A stretch of DNA of 58,933 nucleotides, counting the filler. It is 7 parts of 7 records of this genome, joined end to end, with 100 filler letters (N's around TTAATTAATTAA, not from the genome) between each part and the next. Parts side by side here need not be neighbours in the genome. Positions count along the whole stretch, not along the records: positions 8,120 to 20,412 come from SRR31156797_49610; positions 20,513 to 26,011 come from SRR31156797_49624; positions 26,112 to 33,131 come from SRR31156797_49659; 4 more parts are not named here. One strand, written 5' to 3'. A program made the position numbers and the translations under genes. Below the pieces are notes generated by a model, which ran no database searches, had not been told where the DNA came from, and saw only the letters and a program-made list of their open reading frames with translations. Positions within the stretch are counted from its first letter, which is position 1, and each line of letters starts with the position of its first letter. Of this stretch, positions 18,594 through 28,408 are shown one piece after another.

Positions 18594-19285
18594 AAGCTCA
18601 GGAAAAACAGACTCCGGAAACGGTTATCCGTTTCTCACCCCTTCAGCGCCTGTTGCATCTGGTGGTGATGGTCGGGTTTACCGGACTTGCGGCGACCGGA
18701 TTTTCCCTCAAATTCAGCGCCCAGTGGTGGGCCCACGGCTTCGCCTGGCTGGTTGGGGGCGCCGGACACCTGGCCTATTTACATCGATTCTTCGCGGTCA
18801 TCACTTATGGGTGCGTGGTGGTGCACATTATCTGGCTCTTTTATTTCAAGCTGGCGCTCAAAGGGAGCATCACGGGTCCCCAGTCCCTTTTTCCAAGGAT
18901 CCGGGACATCCGGGATATGTTTCAGCATATGGGGTATTTTTTCGGCAAGCGCGGCATCCCCCGTTTCAACCGCTTTACCTATTGGGAAAAATTCGATTAT
19001 CTGGCCCTCTTCCTGGGTATGAACACCATGGGACTCACCGGACTCTTTCTGTGGTTTCCGGAATTTTTCACCACCTTTCTGCCGGGATATTTCATCAACC
19101 TGGCCCAGGTGCTGCATCTCTATGAAGCCATTTTGGCCGTGGCTTTGAAATTCGTGGTTCACATTGTAACCACCCACCTGAGGCCGGAAATATTTCCCGT
19201 TGAAAAAACCATTTTTCACGGCAAAACCACCCGGGAGAAGATGATGCATGAACATCCCGGGGAACTGGACAGCATTGAAGCGTAA
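18590..19285 (+). CDS. Cytochrome b subunit (FdnI/Ni-hydrogenase cytochrome b-like)
   Basis: RFSPLQRLLH, LHR, RFTYWEKFDY, LHLYEA and VVH; four TM helices with heme-ligand histidines. Confidence 0.88.
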   Translation: MKAQEKQTPETVIRFSPLQRLLHLVVMVGFTGLAATGFSLKFSAQWWAHGFAWLVGGAGHLAYLHRFFAVITYGCVVVHIIWLFYFKLALKGSITGPQSLFPRIRDIRDMFQHMGYFFGKRGIPRFNRFTYWEKFDYLALFLGMNTMGLTGLFLWFPEFFTTFLPGYFINLAQVLHLYEAILAVALKFVVHIVTTHLRPEIFPVEKTIFHGKTTREKMMHEHPGELDSIEA

Positions 19286-19305
19286 TCGGAAAAGACAGGG
19301 ATAAC

Positions 19306-20412
19306 ATGGGAAAACGATGGGTTAAGCGGTTCATTAAGAGGATGTTGTATCTGAGCATTTTTCTGGGATCACTCTTTTTGGCGTGGCAGGTAAATGCCGG
19401 GGAAATCAAACCCATGATGCCCCCGCAACTGGAAGGGAAAACGCGGGATTGTCTGGACTGTCACCGGTATCCCAATGTGGAGACCAATGCCGGCGCCTTT
19501 GCTTCCCAGGCTTTCTGTCTGGAGTGCCACGGAAAAGACACATGCATCAAAACCGTCGGCAAAGAAAAAGTTTCCCTGAAAATCGATCCCATGGAGATCC
19601 GAAAGGGGCGTCATGCCTTTGTGGGCTGCATTCAGTGCCACAGGGATGTGGCGCGTTCCCCACACCGGTCCAAAACAGGCGCCCAATGCCTGGAATGCCA
19701 TCCGTTCCATAATGGTGCAGGAGAAATCCATGCGCCACACTTGAGGGTTCAATGCCAGGCTTGCCACGGTGTTTCCAAGTATGTTTATCTGGATAAAGAA
19801 AATAACGCGGTTCGGCCTGCCCACACAAATAAAAAAAACATGCCCATCGGCCTCACCGATCATACCCTCCAAGACACCCGCAGGGCCGATTTCTGCAAGC
19901 GGTGCCACACCCCGGGAAATGCCGTGGGCGCAGCCGATGCGGTCCTTCCCTCCAAAAGCTTCATTTGTATCATGTGCCATGATGTATCGCTCACCATGGG
20001 CGGTCCTGTTTTCTGGGTGGCTTTCATTCTGTTAACGCTGGGGATTCTTTTTACGGTTCTCTTCTGGTTCCAGGGGAGCGTACAGGGTGAAGAAAAATCA
20101 ATGCACCGCAAAATCGGCCTTGCATCCGAATCCATTTGGGGCACATTCTTTTCAAGGGATTTCTTCACCATCCTGAAAACCGTGTTGCTGGACGTGATCC
20201 TTCAGCGGCGGCTCCTTCAGGAAAGTGTCAAACGATGGTTCATACACTCCCTCATCTTTTTACCCATCCTTTGCCGTTTCCTGTTGAGCATATTTACCTT
20301 TTTTGTATCACGTATGGGACCTGAAAGCTCCCTTGCCGTCATCCTCATTGACAAAAACAGCGGGTTCACGGCATTTGTAAATGACCTGTGCGGCGTTTTG
20401 ATCCTTTTGGGA
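19306..20412 (+). CDS. Heptaheme cytochrome c fused to a membrane domain, 3'-truncated
   Basis: Seven CxxCH motifs (CLDCH, CLECH, CIQCH, CLECH, CQACH, CKRCH, CIMCH), then TM helices including RWFIHSLIF. Confidence 0.85.
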
Positions 20413-20512
20413 NNNNNNNNNNNNNNNNNNNNNNNNNNNNNNNNNNNNNNNNNNNNTTAATTAATTAANNNNNNNNNNNNNNNNNNNNNNNNNNNNNNNN
20501 NNNNNNNNNNNN
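20413..20512. other. Artificial contig spacer
   Basis: N44-TTAATTAATTAA-N44. Confidence 0.98.
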
Positions 20513-20562
20513 CTTTCTGAAACCTTAAGTTTACAAGTATGATATCGATACGCCCTATATTT

Positions 20563-22671
20563 TTACCCCATTTGTTGTGAGCACATATATGCGAATAAAC
20601 CGTCATTTTCTAATAATTTTTCTTTCTTATCGAACTCTACTACCTCTCCTTTATCAAGAGACAATACGAGATCAACATCACGAAGAGTAGACATCCTGTG
20701 TGCGATTATTAGTACTGTTCTTCCATTTAGTATTTTCTTCATATTTCTCTGAATAATACTCTCAGATTCATAATCAAGAGCGGATGTGGCTTCATCAAAT
20801 ATCAGTATTCGGGGATTACTAACAAGCGCTCTTGCTATCGCTATTCGCTGCTTTTGCCCGCCTGATAGCAGATTTCCCTTTTCACCGACTATAGTGTTAT
20901 AGCCCTGCGGTAGTTCTGATATAAATTCATGCGCTCCGGCTAGTTCCGCAGCATTCATGATCTCTTCATCTGTATAACCGTGATTAGCTATATCTATATT
21001 TTCTTTGATAGTAGCGTTGAACATATAGTTGTCTTGAAGGACTACTCCTATCTGTCTACGTATCCAGTTAGGATCAACCAATGTTGTATCAATTCCATCA
21101 ACCAGAACTTTTCCTTTATTAATTCCGTATAGTTTTTGTATAAGTTTTGAAACTGTACTTTTCCCAGAGCCGCTTCTACCTATTATTCCTACAGAATTAC
21201 CGGCTTGAATCTTAAATGAGACATCCTTTAAAATCTCCTGCCCGTCAGGATCATATTTGAAATTAACTTTATTAAATTCAATATCTCCTTTGATACTTGG
21301 AAGAACTGTTTTCGTTTTGCTTAGATCCGTCTCAGGGTTTTCATCAAATATATCCTTTAGATTATTTACTGCCACTCCGGTTTGTTGAAATGTCTGCCAT
21401 AATTGAAGGGTTCTGATTATTGGCATAATTATGTGAGACGAATACATCCTAAATGCGATGAATGCTCCCACAGTTAAATTTCCGTTTAAAACTTCTTTTG
21501 TCCCGGTCCATAAAATTAGCAGATTTAGCAAATCCTGTATCAGTTTTGCAATTGAATTTGTCACATTTCCCAGAAATTTAGTTTTATAACTTGCAATTAC
21601 ATAATTAGATAGTTTATTCTCCCACTTTTTCTCAAATATCTTTTCAGCTGCCATACCCTTCAGAGTCCCTATTCCTGATATACACTCTACAAGATAACCG
21701 GTTAGCTCTGAATTTTTCTCAAATCTATTCTTAACATTTTGTTTGAACATAGGAGTAACTATTGCTGACAGTAGAACAAATGCAGGTAATAATAATAGAA
21801 CTTGAGTACTTAGCTTAATGCTATAGAAAAACATTATTATTAGGTAGATTACTATAAAGACCATATCTATCACTGTAGTAACAGGTGTTCCTGTTAGAAA
21901 TGATCTGATTTTTTCCGTTTCTCTAATTCTATTGGTTATCTCTCCCACTTTTCTATTCTCAAAATATTTAATTGGTAATGAGTGCAGGTGCCCAAATAAT
22001 TTTGAATTAAACAAGACATCTATTCTGTTTGTCATATGAGTGAATATCAGCATTCTACCTATACTCAGTATCCATTCGAAACCGATTGTAAACAGCAAGC
22101 AAATAGCAACAATCCAAAGTGTAGATACAGTACTGTGTACTAAGACTTTATCAATAATTATCTGCATAATTGCAGGTGATACCAGTCCAAGAAGCTGTAA
22201 AAAAAGTGATGAAAACAAAACTTCTTTTAATGGCTTATTAAAACTAAATATAATCTTAGCAAACCATATAAGGCCAAACTTTTTGTCTTCTTCCGTAGCT
22301 TCTCTGTATGTAAATAAAATAATTTCATTATCCCAACTACTTATTAACTCATTAATATTTCCACTTGCCTGTGTCATTAAGTTCAAGTCCAGATATTTAA
22401 ACTCTTCACTATTCATCTCAGTTAGAATAATATATCCGAATTCTTCTGTATGAATTATTGCAGGAAATCTCATTTTTTGTAGCTTAGTTAAATTAATTCG
22501 AACTAATTTAGCTTTTAAACCTATCTGTTTTGCTGCCCGAACTATATTTATTTTTGAAATTTCATCATTATTAAATGTAAAATTATGTTTAATCTGATTA
22601 TATTCACTCTTTAATCCGTAATGATTCGCTATCAAAATCAATGCCCGGATACCTTTATCTGTTTGTTGCAT
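20563..22671 (-). CDS. HlyB-family type I secretion ABC transporter (C39-like domain, TMD, NBD)
   Basis: IIDKVLVH, GRSGSGKST, LSGGQKQRIAIARAL, IFDEATSALDYESE and IAHR. Confidence 0.93.
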   Translation of the reverse strand: MQQTDKGIRALILIANHYGLKSEYNQIKHNFTFNNDEISKINIVRAAKQIGLKAKLVRINLTKLQKMRFPAIIHTEEFGYIILTEMNSEEFKYLDLNLMTQASGNINELISSWDNEIILFTYREATEEDKKFGLIWFAKIIFSFNKPLKEVLFSSLFLQLLGLVSPAIMQIIIDKVLVHSTVSTLWIVAICLLFTIGFEWILSIGRMLIFTHMTNRIDVLFNSKLFGHLHSLPIKYFENRKVGEITNRIRETEKIRSFLTGTPVTTVIDMVFIVIYLIIMFFYSIKLSTQVLLLLPAFVLLSAIVTPMFKQNVKNRFEKNSELTGYLVECISGIGTLKGMAAEKIFEKKWENKLSNYVIASYKTKFLGNVTNSIAKLIQDLLNLLILWTGTKEVLNGNLTVGAFIAFRMYSSHIIMPIIRTLQLWQTFQQTGVAVNNLKDIFDENPETDLSKTKTVLPSIKGDIEFNKVNFKYDPDGQEILKDVSFKIQAGNSVGIIGRSGSGKSTVSKLIQKLYGINKGKVLVDGIDTTLVDPNWIRRQIGVVLQDNYMFNATIKENIDIANHGYTDEEIMNAAELAGAHEFISELPQGYNTIVGEKGNLLSGGQKQRIAIARALVSNPRILIFDEATSALDYESESIIQRNMKKILNGRTVLIIAHRMSTLRDVDLVLSLDKGEVVEFDKKEKLLENDGLFAYMCSQQMG

Positions 22672-22685
22672 TTGAACCTCCTAAA

Positions 22686-22761
22686 AAATCCCCTAAATCC
22701 CCTTTGTTAAAGGGGACTTCTATTCCTCCTATTTATTAAAGAGGGGGCTAGGGGGTGATTT
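22686..22761. repeat. REP-like nested palindrome
   Basis: AAATCCCCTAAATCCCCTTTGTTAAAGGGGA...AGGGGGCTAGGGGGTGATTT, with an inner perfect 8-bp stem TCCCCTTT-gtt-AAAGGGGA at 22698-22716. Confidence 0.7.
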
Positions 22762-22771
22762 GATTTTAATT

Positions 22772-24922
22772 TTACACACCTCTCTGTAAATCATGCAGAT
22801 ATTCATAAAAGCCTTTTTTATCAAGTAAGTCCTGATGGGTTCCGGACTCAAGAACAGTACCTTTTTCAACTACATAAATCCTATCGCAATCCTTTATAGT
22901 TGATAATCTGTGTGCAATCATAATAACGGTTCTTCCTTTACATATTTCTTTTAAATTATCTTTAATAATTTTCTCTGATTCATAATCCAGTGCTGAAGTT
23001 GCTTCATCAAATATAATTATCTTAGGATTAGTCAGTAGTGCTCTGGCTATCGATATTCTTTGTTTCTGACCACCGGATAAACCTGTACCTCTCTCTCCAA
23101 CCATCGTGTCATAAGCATCAGGTAACTCTAATATGAAGTCATGTGCTCCTGCTAATTTTGCTGCATTTATTACCGCCTCTATATTTGCTCCCGGTTGCTT
23201 TAGAGCAATATTGTCGCGAATAGTTCCGTTAAACAGATAATTCTCCTGCATAACTACTCCAATATTCTCTCTTAAACCATTAGCGTTTAATATTTTGATG
23301 TTATGACCGTTTATTAAAACTTCTCCCTCTTCTGTCGTGTACATCTTCTGTACTAGTTTTGTTACAGTACTTTTACCTGATCCGCTTCTTCCGACAAAAG
23401 CTACAACTTCATTATTTTTAATTTCAAAATTCATATTCTTAATTACATAATCTCCCTCAAGAGAGTATCTGAAATTTATATTTTTAAACTGTATATTTGC
23501 TTCTTTTAACTTAATTCCCTTTTCTTCTCTCTTAATTTCAATAGGTGTATTTAATATCTCTCCTAAATTAGAAATAGATATCTTTACCTGCTCAAAATCT
23601 CTTATCAACTCTACAAGTTTCAGTAGCGGATTCATCAAATTGGCAGATATCATTCTGAAAGCAATAAGCTGACCAATTGACATCTCTTTGTTAATAACAA
23701 GAAATGAGCCGACTATTAATAAAAGTAAATTTAGAAATCTCTGGAATTTTTCATTTGTAATTCCGTAAATAACACCTATGGTACTTGATTTGAATCCTAC
23801 ACCTGTGGATTCAGCTTGATAATTATTCCATCTATTTCTAATATTTGCTTCCAGTGCAAAAGATTTAACAGCATTAACACCAGTCAGACTTTCGATTAGA
23901 AATGCTTCCATTTTGGCTGCATTTTTTGATTTTTCCTCAATATAACCTTTATATTTGGGGATCATTATATATGAAAAGAGCATCATAACCGGTATAAGTG
24001 TTAAAATAATACCTGTTAATATCGGACTGTATATCCACAGAAATATCAGGTATAAACCTATAAAAAACAGATCAAAGAATGAATTCAAAGGAGTTCCTGT
24101 TAAAAACTCTCTGACATTTTCCATTTCTTTTATTCTATTTGAGATAATTCCAACACTTCTATTTTCAAAATATGCTATTGGCAGATGAAACAAATGTTTA
24201 AAAAGTTTCGTTCCCAATATCAGATCAATTTTCGTTGAAGTGAATAACAGTAGGTAATCCTTTGCTAATTTAACAAAAAATTCAAGGAAAATTGATAGTA
24301 AAAATATCAAAGTTAATACATTCAATGTAGACAAACCATTGTGAACCAAAACTTTGTCTACTATGGTTTGTGTAACTAAAGGTAAAATCAAACTAAAAAG
24401 CAAAATAGAAAAATTTCCAATGAGTACATTTGCAAACTCCCTTTTATAAACTCTGAAAATACTAAAGAACCATTTCAAACCAAATTCAACTGATTTACTC
24501 AAAATATTCTTATTTTCAATTAATAATATTTTGCTGTTCCAGTTAATTAAAAACTCTTCTCTTTCAACTATTCCATTTTCCTGCTTTTGAGGGCAAAATC
24601 TTAACACACGTTCCTCATCAATTTTCCCTATGACGATATACTCATTATCAATATTCTGCGCAATAAATGGTTGTTTTAGTTTCAATAAAAAGTCATAATC
24701 AACTTTTTTAGTATTAAATTTTAGCTTAATCGAATTTGAAACTTTCTTCAGCTCCTTTTCACCGACATTTCTCTCACCAAACAGGTCTTTAATCTTTTTA
24801 ATTGCCAATTGATCTTTCTCATGTAGCTTGCATAACATCAGGTAACAATTCAGTAAAGTATTACTTTTAATTCCTAAATCCAAAACCATCCTCCTATAAA
24901 ACAATTTGTTTCTATTTTTCAC
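22772..24922 (-). CDS. Second HlyB-family type I secretion ABC transporter
   Basis: IVDKVLVH, GRSGSGKST, LSGGQKQRISIARAL, FDEATSALDYESE and IAHRLST. Confidence 0.93.
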   Translation of the reverse strand: MKNRNKLFYRRMVLDLGIKSNTLLNCYLMLCKLHEKDQLAIKKIKDLFGERNVGEKELKKVSNSIKLKFNTKKVDYDFLLKLKQPFIAQNIDNEYIVIGKIDEERVLRFCPQKQENGIVEREEFLINWNSKILLIENKNILSKSVEFGLKWFFSIFRVYKREFANVLIGNFSILLFSLILPLVTQTIVDKVLVHNGLSTLNVLTLIFLLSIFLEFFVKLAKDYLLLFTSTKIDLILGTKLFKHLFHLPIAYFENRSVGIISNRIKEMENVREFLTGTPLNSFFDLFFIGLYLIFLWIYSPILTGIILTLIPVMMLFSYIMIPKYKGYIEEKSKNAAKMEAFLIESLTGVNAVKSFALEANIRNRWNNYQAESTGVGFKSSTIGVIYGITNEKFQRFLNLLLLIVGSFLVINKEMSIGQLIAFRMISANLMNPLLKLVELIRDFEQVKISISNLGEILNTPIEIKREEKGIKLKEANIQFKNINFRYSLEGDYVIKNMNFEIKNNEVVAFVGRSGSGKSTVTKLVQKMYTTEEGEVLINGHNIKILNANGLRENIGVVMQENYLFNGTIRDNIALKQPGANIEAVINAAKLAGAHDFILELPDAYDTMVGERGTGLSGGQKQRISIARALLTNPKIIIFDEATSALDYESEKIIKDNLKEICKGRTVIMIAHRLSTIKDCDRIYVVEKGTVLESGTHQDLLDKKGFYEYLHDLQRGV

Positions 24923-25178
24923 ATACTAAATCCTTATTAATTCCCTTATTTCATGTTTCTTTACACTCTTTAACAGTGGACAGAGTGTTATTGTATATGA
25001 TTTAGTTATACTTTCTTAGCAAAAACAGTTAGTTATATTATATCAACTCAAGCATAGCAAGGCAAAATAACACCAACTTACAGCTGTGTTTTCTTACTGA
25101 AAACCAGTTCTTTTTCCGACATCACCCCCCACAGTCTTCACACACTCTTCTACAACTCAATAAAATCAAAGTAATCAC

Positions 25179-25197
25179 TTGGTAACTATTTGGTAAC
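25179..25197. promoter_or_regulatory. Tandem direct repeat, candidate transcription factor site upstream of the transporter genes
   Basis: TTGGTAAC at 25179 and 25190 (11-bp period). Confidence 0.35.
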
Positions 25198-25396
25198 CTC
25201 TAAATCGATGATTTAAATATATGTTTCAACTGGTTTATTATATATAATTTCTATGTCACGATTTGTTATGACTTCGATTTTTTGGTGTTATTTTGGCCTT
25301 AAAATGCATAAAATTGCAAAAAACGGCCTTTTTATGAAAAAAGCATGTTTGGCTAAAGAAAAATAATTTTCACGAACACTTCAAAATAATTTTAAG

Positions 25397-25433
25397 TCAA
25401 AAAATAGAAATAGAAGGTCAAATCGACCTTCTA
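25397..25433 (-). terminator. Intrinsic terminator of the RTX gene
   Basis: TAGAAGGTC-5nt-GACCTTCTA (25411-25433) followed on the minus strand by TTTCTATTTTTT. Confidence 0.75.
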
Positions 25434-25456
25434 CTCATAAGCTAAACTTTATTATT

Positions 25457-26011
25457 CTATTTTTGTTGATAGTAACTACTAACTAATAAATCTACTTCAT
25501 CTTTCTTCTCTTCCAGAGCTGTTTCCCAGCTGATACCTTCATTTTGCGCACTAAATGTTGACATTGCCTGAATTAATTCATCAACTTTATCACTCAAAAT
25601 AAATTGATCATCACTTACCGAAATTTCTTCGATAGTTCCATTTGAATCCCAGTCATTAATTGTTATCTTATCATCTGATCCATTTATCAACATTTCAAGT
25701 GTATCATCTGATTTATTAAATATGATATCAAGTGGATTTATGTTCGTTACAAGTTTATCATTTCCAGATTCATCAAAGATAATATCCTGACCATCTCCAG
25801 AGTTGAATACATAGGTATCATCTCCAGCTCCACCATTAATTAAGTCATTACCCAATCCTGCTGTGATAGTATCGTTACCTTCGTTTGTGAAGATTAGGTT
25901 GTCGTTAGCATTGGCAGTGATTGTGTCATTGGATGTTGCTGTGACAAATAGGTTGTTTGTGTTTAGAGTTGTTCCATCAGAAAATTCAAAGTACTCTATT
26001 CTAGCATTGAC
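25457..26011 (-). CDS. RTX calcium-binding secreted protein, C-terminal part (5'-truncated)
   Basis: Frame is open from the contig edge: IEYFEFSDG...EGNDTITAGLGNDLINGGAGDDTYVFNSGDGQDII..., with C-terminal VDELIQAMSTF. Confidence 0.9.
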   Translation of the reverse strand, partial: VNARIEYFEFSDGTTLNTNNLFVTATSNDTITANANDNLIFTNEGNDTITAGLGNDLINGGAGDDTYVFNSGDGQDIIFDESGNDKLVTNINPLDIIFNKSDDTLEMLINGSDDKITINDWDSNGTIEEISVSDDQFILSDKVDELIQAMSTFSAQNEGISWETALEEKKDEVDLLVSSYYQQK

Positions 26012-26111
26012 NNNNNNNNNNNNNNNNNNNNNNNNNNNNNNNNNNNNNNNNNNNNTTAATTAATTAANNNNNNNNNNNNNNNNNNNNNNNNNNNNNNNNN
26101 NNNNNNNNNNN
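26012..26111. other. Artificial contig spacer
   Basis: N44-TTAATTAATTAA-N44. Confidence 0.98.
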
Positions 26112-26118
26112 GTATCAT

Positions 26119-28401
26119 TCAATTTTTATCGTTTTTTGCCTGTTGATATAAATCGTTCCTATCTCGCTTTTTCAAGATCAGTTGATTGCCTGTTTTATCG
26201 ACAATAATTTGGGATAGATTTAAAAACTTATGTTCGTCAGCAGTAATAGTTCCGGATTGAATTGTACTTCTTTTTGAATCTATGTTTTTCCAATCAATAT
26301 TTTCTCCAGATAAAACTTTAAAATGCTGAAGTCTTCTGGGGGTGACATCCACTGTACATGTATCCTCAGGGCTTTTTTTAGTCAGATATAAATTTATAGC
26401 ATATACATCTTTTGTATCCTTGATGTGGTTTGGATTCCATCTTAGATACCCGTTGATCTGGCCCGAAGGGTCCCCATCGTTAGGATCACCGTTTCCCATA
26501 TTATCATCAAGAGAACAATTTGAAAACGCAGGCAAACTCCGGTTTAAACGAATATCCAACTCAGGTTTATTCGGTTTGTCGCAAAAGGTAGCTATAGCAG
26601 AAAAATCAGCTCTTTCGCCATGACCATGCTGGCCCCAGTTAAACATAAAAGGCCGTTTTGTTCGCCATAGTGCATGAACAAATTCAACGGCTTGTTGCCA
26701 ACCTATAGCGCCGTCATTTTTACCATTTCCAAAGGTGAGAAAAGAGGGCTCTTTTTCAATGAATTTTTCGACATACCAGGTTAAATCAACCCAGTTTCTG
26801 ACAAGCTGATTGTGATTATTTTTTATAGCCATCTGAGGCGGTCCTATTAAATGGCGAAATCCGTTAGTGAACTGGGGACTGTTGTTAAAATTATGAATGC
26901 CAACCCATGAAATGCCAAAAGAAAATACATCGGACAATCTTGTGGTCATGGATGAGGCCCCAGCCCCCCCCATTGAATTTCCTGCCACAAAGACTTTATT
27001 TTCATCAATTTCCCACTGAGTCTTAACCCAGTCCATCATAGTCAGTACTCGCTGTTCGGTATAATTGCATACTTTTCCCTGCGGCCAGAATTTAAGCGTA
27101 TCATAAAATTCATGATACCCATACCACCAGGTCTGAGGAGGATAGTCGTTTGTAGCCATTAAAATGGTGCCATGTTTAGAATTATACCACCATCCATACC
27201 CCCGCCACGGGTCTCCTCCCCAAGCATGGAGTCCGACTTGGAGTGGTGCAGGAGTTTTTTTGTTATTAGGGAGTGCGACAATCCAGTTAAAATACTGGCC
27301 TGGAAAATTATGCAAAGGAGGTGCAACCCATCTTACATAATGCCTGATATTTCCTTGCCCGTATAAAACAGTTCCTTGTTTCTTGGATTGCAAAACAGGA
27401 ACATGACGTTTGGAATGAAATTCAGAAACAGGTCCAAATGCTTTTAAACTTTTTAAATTTTCGGTGCCGTTAATTGATACCACAACCGCGTAATAGGACT
27501 TCGAATCTGCTTTTACATGATGAACATATAAACCCGTATTGGCCGGTAAAGGGTTATCCTTCTTTTCAATGACAAACGTTTTTACCGGATTCGTATGAGC
27601 AGGCGGTTTTTGCCAATACAGGCCGTAAATATTTGTGTTATACCCTGACAATGGTTTTATTGAAGCTAAACGAACCGCCTGATGAAAGTTTCTCTGGTCT
27701 ATAGGGCTATCTGATCGGTAAATATTGTACCGAACAATAAAAGGAGATGTTTGGGCCTTTTCTCTTTGGCGGATTATCTTCTGGGCTTTGACAATATCCC
27801 CTATTTTAGGGTCTGATTCGGGTATCAGATCTTCTATCTCTTTAAATGTAATGAAGGTGTCGCCATTACTATGAATAACTCTTATTGCTGTAACTGATGA
27901 TGTCTGTACAGGAAGAGATGCATTGCAGGTAATCTCGAACCACGACTGCTTTGGTGTCCAATGTTTTATAAAAGGATCAATAGAAAAATAGATGACTTTT
28001 TTATTTTCTTTTAATGCATTGTTGATTGCCGAAGTAATATTAAAAGATTCATACCAAGGCGGATCAAGACTTAACGATGTTGCCTTGTTTGTTTGCAACG
28101 AAATTTTGAAATTGGCAGGGTTGATAACGTTAGTAGATGGTACAGTCACGGTAGGAGAAACAGGATGAAACAATGCTCGACTCACCCTATCCGATTCTAT
28201 AAAATTTAAATCCAGTTTTATCTGCCAATTTGAACCATGTTTTGAAATTGTTACATTTTTTTTATGGCTACAAAAAGTCTGGGCTCCCAACGAATAGGTT
28301 TTCAAATCTGCTGAAGCTACCGTTCCAAGGGACAAGAAACTCACAATAAAAATCGCCCCTACTAAAAAAATACGGGGTTTAATTTTCTTTAAGTAAACCA
28401 T
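26119..28401 (-). CDS. Large exported alpha/beta-hydrolase (esterase-like) with an N-terminal beta-rich region
   Basis: Signal peptide after ATG 28401; LHAWGG, EIDENKVFVAGNSMGG nucleophile elbow, GKND and HGH. Confidence 0.7.
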   Translation of the reverse strand: MVYLKKIKPRIFLVGAIFIVSFLSLGTVASADLKTYSLGAQTFCSHKKNVTISKHGSNWQIKLDLNFIESDRVSRALFHPVSPTVTVPSTNVINPANFKISLQTNKATSLSLDPPWYESFNITSAINNALKENKKVIYFSIDPFIKHWTPKQSWFEITCNASLPVQTSSVTAIRVIHSNGDTFITFKEIEDLIPESDPKIGDIVKAQKIIRQREKAQTSPFIVRYNIYRSDSPIDQRNFHQAVRLASIKPLSGYNTNIYGLYWQKPPAHTNPVKTFVIEKKDNPLPANTGLYVHHVKADSKSYYAVVVSINGTENLKSLKAFGPVSEFHSKRHVPVLQSKKQGTVLYGQGNIRHYVRWVAPPLHNFPGQYFNWIVALPNNKKTPAPLQVGLHAWGGDPWRGYGWWYNSKHGTILMATNDYPPQTWWYGYHEFYDTLKFWPQGKVCNYTEQRVLTMMDWVKTQWEIDENKVFVAGNSMGGAGASSMTTRLSDVFSFGISWVGIHNFNNSPQFTNGFRHLIGPPQMAIKNNHNQLVRNWVDLTWYVEKFIEKEPSFLTFGNGKNDGAIGWQQAVEFVHALWRTKRPFMFNWGQHGHGERADFSAIATFCDKPNKPELDIRLNRSLPAFSNCSLDDNMGNGDPNDGDPSGQINGYLRWNPNHIKDTKDVYAINLYLTKKSPEDTCTVDVTPRRLQHFKVLSGENIDWKNIDSKRSTIQSGTITADEHKFLNLSQIIVDKTGNQLILKKRDRNDLYQQAKNDKN

Positions 28402-28408
28402 ATTATTT

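Noticed and set aside
8310-20324. Antisense and alternative-frame ORFs (e.g. 9492-10466, 12895-13689, 15675-16280)
   Set aside because: They lie on top of well-supported genes and have no family motifs.
8120-20412. Possible selenocysteine or pyrrolysine readthrough in the redox genes
   Set aside because: No in-frame UGA or UAG interrupts a recognisable domain; the stops fall at natural gene ends.
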